From Alphaproteobacteria bacterium (GTDB lineage Bacteria > Pseudomonadota > Alphaproteobacteria > UBA828): a stretch of DNA of 64,000 bases. Positions 60,308 to 64,000 of this stretch are shown in pieces. A program made the translations under genes and the position numbers. A model generated the notes under the pieces. The model did not search any database, was not told where the DNA came from, and saw nothing but the letters and a program-made list of their open reading frames with translations. Location of the stretch: positions 2,208,001-2,272,000 of the forward strand of contig OZ243972.1 in NCBI GenBank assembly GCA_965214705.1. The letters are read 5' to 3'. Position 1 is the stretch's first letter; the number at the start of each line of letters is the position of its first letter.

Positions 60308-61513
60308 ATGGAATCGCGACTGGGTGCGGCTCTGCGCCCGTACTTTCCGCTCGCTGCGGGGGTCCTGATCAACCTCTCGACCGGGATCCTTTACGCGTGG
60401 AGCGTCTTCGTGGCGCCGCTCGAAACCGAGTTGGGCGCCGACCGCGCGACGGTGAGCGGCGCGCAGTCGCTATGCCTCTTCACCGCGACGATCGGCTGCT
60501 TCGTGATGCATCGGCTGCTGCACTGGTTCACGCTCCCGCAGCTCACCCTGGTCATGGCGGCGGTGACGGCGGCCGGGTTCGCGCTCGCGGGCTTCGGCCA
60601 ATCGGTCGCGGCACTCTATATCGGCTACGGCGTGTTCTTCGGCTTTGCCGTCGGCGTTGTCTATTTCGTCGCGATGACCGCGGCGAGCATCGACGGGCCG
60701 GTGAGGCCCAGCATCGCCATGAGTATCAACATGTCGGCGGTCGCCATGGGCGGCATCGCCTGGTCACCCGGTCTTGCCATCCTGATGGCTGCGATGGGGC
60801 CAGAGGCGACCTTCGGCGTGACGGCTGCGATAAATTTCCTGGCCATTGCGATCGCGGCCGCGCTCATCATGCTCTCCCGCAAGACGCCGCCGGCGACCGG
60901 CGCAACCGGGCTCTTCCAGGACATACTGACCGACCGGCCCCGCGTGGTAATCGCGATCTTTCTGGGTTTTCTCTGTATCGCCTTCACGGCGCTCGTGGTC
61001 ATCGGTCACGCGGCGACGATGTTGGCCTCGTGGGGTGGGTCCGCAGGCGAGACCCAGTTCGCACCGATGCTGAGTAGCGCCGGCTATGTGGTCGGCGGGC
61101 TGGTCGGCGGCCTGCTCGTCGATGCGTTGACGGGCCGGCGTGTGCTCGTGGGTGTCGGTCTCGTCATGGGGGTGTTTCTGCTGGCGCTCTTCTTCGCGCC
61201 CGGCGTCGTCATGGGGCTCACCGCCATTGCCGCAGTCGGCTTGGCCTTCGGCGTGCTCGCGAGCGCCCACCCCGTGACCATCGCGGGCTATTACGGGGCG
61301 GCGGCGCTGCCGCGGGTCTTCGGCCGCATCGCCCTCGCTTACGGCCTGGGCGGCCTGCTCGGGCCGTTCTCGGCAGGGGCGATCTACGATGCCGATCAAC
61401 ACTACGGCAGCGCGGTCATTCTGATCGCCGTACTCGCGTTCCTGGGCGCGCTATTCTATGCCTGCTTGCCCCGCCGCGAGCGGCTCGGCGCATCGGCGCG
61501 GCCGGCGGCTTGA
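60308..61513 (+). CDS. MFS transporter (OFA/MCT-like)
   Basis: GILYAWSVF motif; about 12 TMs. Confidence 0.88.
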   Translation: MESRLGAALRPYFPLAAGVLINLSTGILYAWSVFVAPLETELGADRATVSGAQSLCLFTATIGCFVMHRLLHWFTLPQLTLVMAAVTAAGFALAGFGQSVAALYIGYGVFFGFAVGVVYFVAMTAASIDGPVRPSIAMSINMSAVAMGGIAWSPGLAILMAAMGPEATFGVTAAINFLAIAIAAALIMLSRKTPPATGATGLFQDILTDRPRVVIAIFLGFLCIAFTALVVIGHAATMLASWGGSAGETQFAPMLSSAGYVVGGLVGGLLVDALTGRRVLVGVGLVMGVFLLALFFAPGVVMGLTAIAAVGLAFGVLASAHPVTIAGYYGAAALPRVFGRIALAYGLGGLLGPFSAGAIYDADQHYGSAVILIAVLAFLGALFYACLPRRERLGASARPAA

Positions 61514-61528
61514 GGAGGAGACGGAACT

Positions 61529-62356
61529 ATGCCGCATGTCACGACGAATGACGGAATCCGCCTTCACTACGTGGAGAAGGGGAGCGGCACGCCCCTCGTC
61601 ATGATCCCCGGCTGGTCGCAGACCGCCGCGCAGTTCGAGGCTCAGATCGAGGGGCTTTCGGCGAGCCGCCGGGTCATCGCCTTCGACATGCGCGGGCACG
61701 GCGAGTCCGACAAGCCGGAGCACGGCTACAAGATTCAGCGCCTCGCCATGGACGTGCGCAACGCCATTGAGGCGCTCGGGCTGGAGCGGGTCAGCCTGCT
61801 CGGCCACTCCATGGGGTGTTCCGTGATCTGGTGCTACATCGACCTCTTCGGCGAAGCGGGGCTGGAGCGGCTGGTCCTCGTCGACCAGATGCCCGCGATC
61901 ACCGCGCGCAGCGAGTGGTCAGAGCAGGAGAAGCAGGACGCCGGCGCGATCTTCAATGGCGCGAGCCTCTACGAGACCATCGGCGCCCTCGCGGGGAAAG
62001 AAGGCGTGGCGACCACCAAGGGCTTCATCGGCGGCATGTTCACCAGCGGCTTTCCAGAGGAGCAGGTGGCGTGGGTCATCGAGCAGAACCGCAAGATGCC
62101 GCGCCGCCACGCGGCCACGCTGCTTCTCAATCACGCGACGCAGGATTGGCGCGACCTGATCCCCCGCATCACGCTGCCTGCGCTTATCGTCGGCGGCCGT
62201 GTCAGCCTGATCGACTGGCGTTCGCAGGAATGGATGCACCGCCAGATCGCCGGCTCGCAGCTCGAAATATTCGAGGAGGCCGATGGCGGCAATCACTTCA
62301 TGTTCATGGAGAACCCGGAGCGCTTCAATCGCGTGGTGGATGCGTTCCTCCGCTGA
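61529..62356 (+). CDS. Alpha/beta hydrolase (non-heme haloperoxidase/arylesterase-like)
   Basis: DMRGHGES, GHSMG and C-terminal GNHF motifs. Confidence 0.9.
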   Translation: MPHVTTNDGIRLHYVEKGSGTPLVMIPGWSQTAAQFEAQIEGLSASRRVIAFDMRGHGESDKPEHGYKIQRLAMDVRNAIEALGLERVSLLGHSMGCSVIWCYIDLFGEAGLERLVLVDQMPAITARSEWSEQEKQDAGAIFNGASLYETIGALAGKEGVATTKGFIGGMFTSGFPEEQVAWVIEQNRKMPRRHAATLLLNHATQDWRDLIPRITLPALIVGGRVSLIDWRSQEWMHRQIAGSQLEIFEEADGGNHFMFMENPERFNRVVDAFLR

Positions 62357-62371
62357 CCTTTAGCCTCCGCG

Positions 62372-64000
62372 CTACGCCCTCGCCTCCACGCGGATCGTGA
62401 CGATGTCCGTGTCGTGATACTGCTGGTGGTGGACGGAAGACGCGAGGTGGCGCAGCAGCCGTAGCGACACCTCCCGCTCCGGCGCATCCTCGGACGCCTC
62501 GCCCATGAGCGCGATGCGGTCCTCCAGGTTCTCTTCGCCAGGGGCGGCAATGAATTCCAGTACCGCGGCGCCGCCCTCCTTGTGGGCGGTGAGCAGCAGG
62601 CGGCGCTTCCGGTGCGGTGCGCCTTCCGCCTCTTCCTCTTCGTCGTGCCGCAGCAGCGTCAGAATCGCCTCCTCAGCGGCTGCGTCGAGACGGTGCGCCA
62701 TCGCTTCGCCCCAGCCGCTGCGTGACGCGAAGGATTGGAGGAACTCCCTGATCTTCGGCAGCGAGGCGACCTCGAACGGCGCCTGGATGCGACGCCGGCG
62801 GGGTGCCGCCAGCTCCACGAAGAGCGTGAGGAGGATCGCCGTCATCCCGCCGGCCGTCATGCCGTTCTCCAAGAGCCCGCCGGCGATGCCCGAGACATGC
62901 TCTGGAAAGATCACGCCGTTCTGGAAGCCGACCCCGATCCAGAAGGACACCCCTGCGATCAGGCCCTTGCGGTAGTCCACCCCGTCCTGGATGACGATCC
63001 GCATGCCGACCACGAAGAGCAGCCCCAGAAGAACCGTGATGTAAGCCGCCGCAACCGGCCCCGGTATTGCCAGCACAACGGCGAGTGCCTTTGGAATGAA
63101 CGCCACCACGACGAACGCGATCCCGAGTGCGACGCCCACGCTGCGGGCGCCCACGCCGGTGAGCGCGGTCACGGATATGCTTGTGGAATAGGTCGTGTTG
63201 GGCACGGTCCCCATCAGGCCGGAGAGTAGGTTGCCCACGCCGTCCGCGCCTACCGCTCCTTGCACCGCCCGAAAATTCACCGCGCGCGGCTTGCGCCAGG
63301 AGACGCGCTGGATGGCGATACCGTCGCCCACCGTTTCGACGGCGCCGACCAGGGTCACGAAGACGAAGGCCGGGAGCAGCCCCCAGAAGACCGGCCCAAA
63401 TTCGATATCGAAGCCTGGCCATCCGCCCGATGGCACACCCACCCACGATGCTGCTGCGATGCCGGCGACGTCGTAGAAGCCGAAGTACCCGGCAACCCCG
63501 CAGCCGGCGACGATGCCGATGACCGGCGCCCAGAGTCTGAGCGCGCCCGTGGCTTTCAGCGAGATACCGCACAGGACGAGCACGGTCACAAGCGCCGCGA
63601 GCGGCGCGCCGAGCTCCGATGTGCCCTCCGGAACCTGACCCAACATGCCGAAGACGATCGGCATCACCGTGACCGGGATCAGCATGATGACGGTGCCCGA
63701 GACGGTCGGCGTCAGAATCCGCCGGAGCAGCGAGAGCCGCCACGCGAGCAGGAATTGGAACAGGGCGGAGATCACCACCAGCGTCGCCAGCATCGCCGGG
63801 CCGCCCTGGGCAATCGCGCCGACGCAGATCGCGATGAAGGCCCCGGAGGTGCCCATGACGAGCACGTAACCGGCACCGATTCGCCCGACGCGGACCGCCT
63901 GCAGCACCGAGGTGATGCCGCTGATCAGGACGGCGCCGAAGACTGCCCACGTCAGATAGGATTCCGCCCCGCCGGCGGCGCGGACCACGATCGCAGGCGT
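62372..64000 (-). CDS. NCS2 (xanthine/uracil) permease with C-terminal soluble extension; 5' end off window
   Basis: ETVGD, ADGVGNLLSG, PNTTYS and TGVGAR NCS2 motifs, followed by an approximately 140-aa hydrophilic domain. Confidence 0.88.
   Translation of the reverse strand, partial: TPAIVVRAAGGAESYLTWAVFGAVLISGITSVLQAVRVGRIGAGYVLVMGTSGAFIAICVGAIAQGGPAMLATLVVISALFQFLLAWRLSLLRRILTPTVSGTVIMLIPVTVMPIVFGMLGQVPEGTSELGAPLAALVTVLVLCGISLKATGALRLWAPVIGIVAGCGVAGYFGFYDVAGIAAASWVGVPSGGWPGFDIEFGPVFWGLLPAFVFVTLVGAVETVGDGIAIQRVSWRKPRAVNFRAVQGAVGADGVGNLLSGLMGTVPNTTYSTSISVTALTGVGARSVGVALGIAFVVVAFIPKALAVVLAIPGPVAAAYITVLLGLLFVVGMRIVIQDGVDYRKGLIAGVSFWIGVGFQNGVIFPEHVSGIAGGLLENGMTAGGMTAILLTLFVELAAPRRRRIQAPFEVASLPKIREFLQSFASRSGWGEAMAHRLDAAAEEAILTLLRHDEEEEAEGAPHRKRRLLLTAHKEGGAAVLEFIAAPGEENLEDRIALMGEASEDAPEREVSLRLLRHLASSVHHQQYHDTDIVTIRVEARA

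Overview
GC-rich bacterial chromosomal segment, most likely an alphaproteobacterium (inferred from plsY-dprA-topA-rnr and argD-argF synteny and an alphaproteobacterial-type REP doublet). The core genes are hemF, argD/argF, an acetolactate synthase, mscS, arsC, plsY, dprA, topA, rnr, mtnK and ptrB. They are interleaved with many small-molecule catabolic genes: duplicated SDRs, a racemase, an ABC transporter plus amidase, dihydropyrimidinase, an aconitase-like pair, a PxpB/C-like pair and an LLM oxidoreductase. Three accessory areas stand out. (1) A decaying defence islet at about 5.8-10.2 kb: a GIY-YIG/T5orf172 nuclease split by an IS1595 element with an 8-bp TSD, an HTH-nucleotidyltransferase with a dead HEPN partner, and a methyltransferase plus PD-(D/E)XK nuclease. 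(2) A VapC toxin with an unusual multidomain antitoxin carrying an Mrr_N-like domain. (3) A copper locus (sodC-cytc-cueR / copA-cytc) with back-to-back CueR promoters, where an IS1634 element sits between copA and its promoter. Other candidates for novelty are enzymes with substituted catalytic residues (racemase, aconitase-like pair) and an NCS2 permease fused to a degenerate RsbW-like domain. No rRNA, tRNA or CRISPR array was seen. All domain calls come from motif reading by eye, not from database searches.
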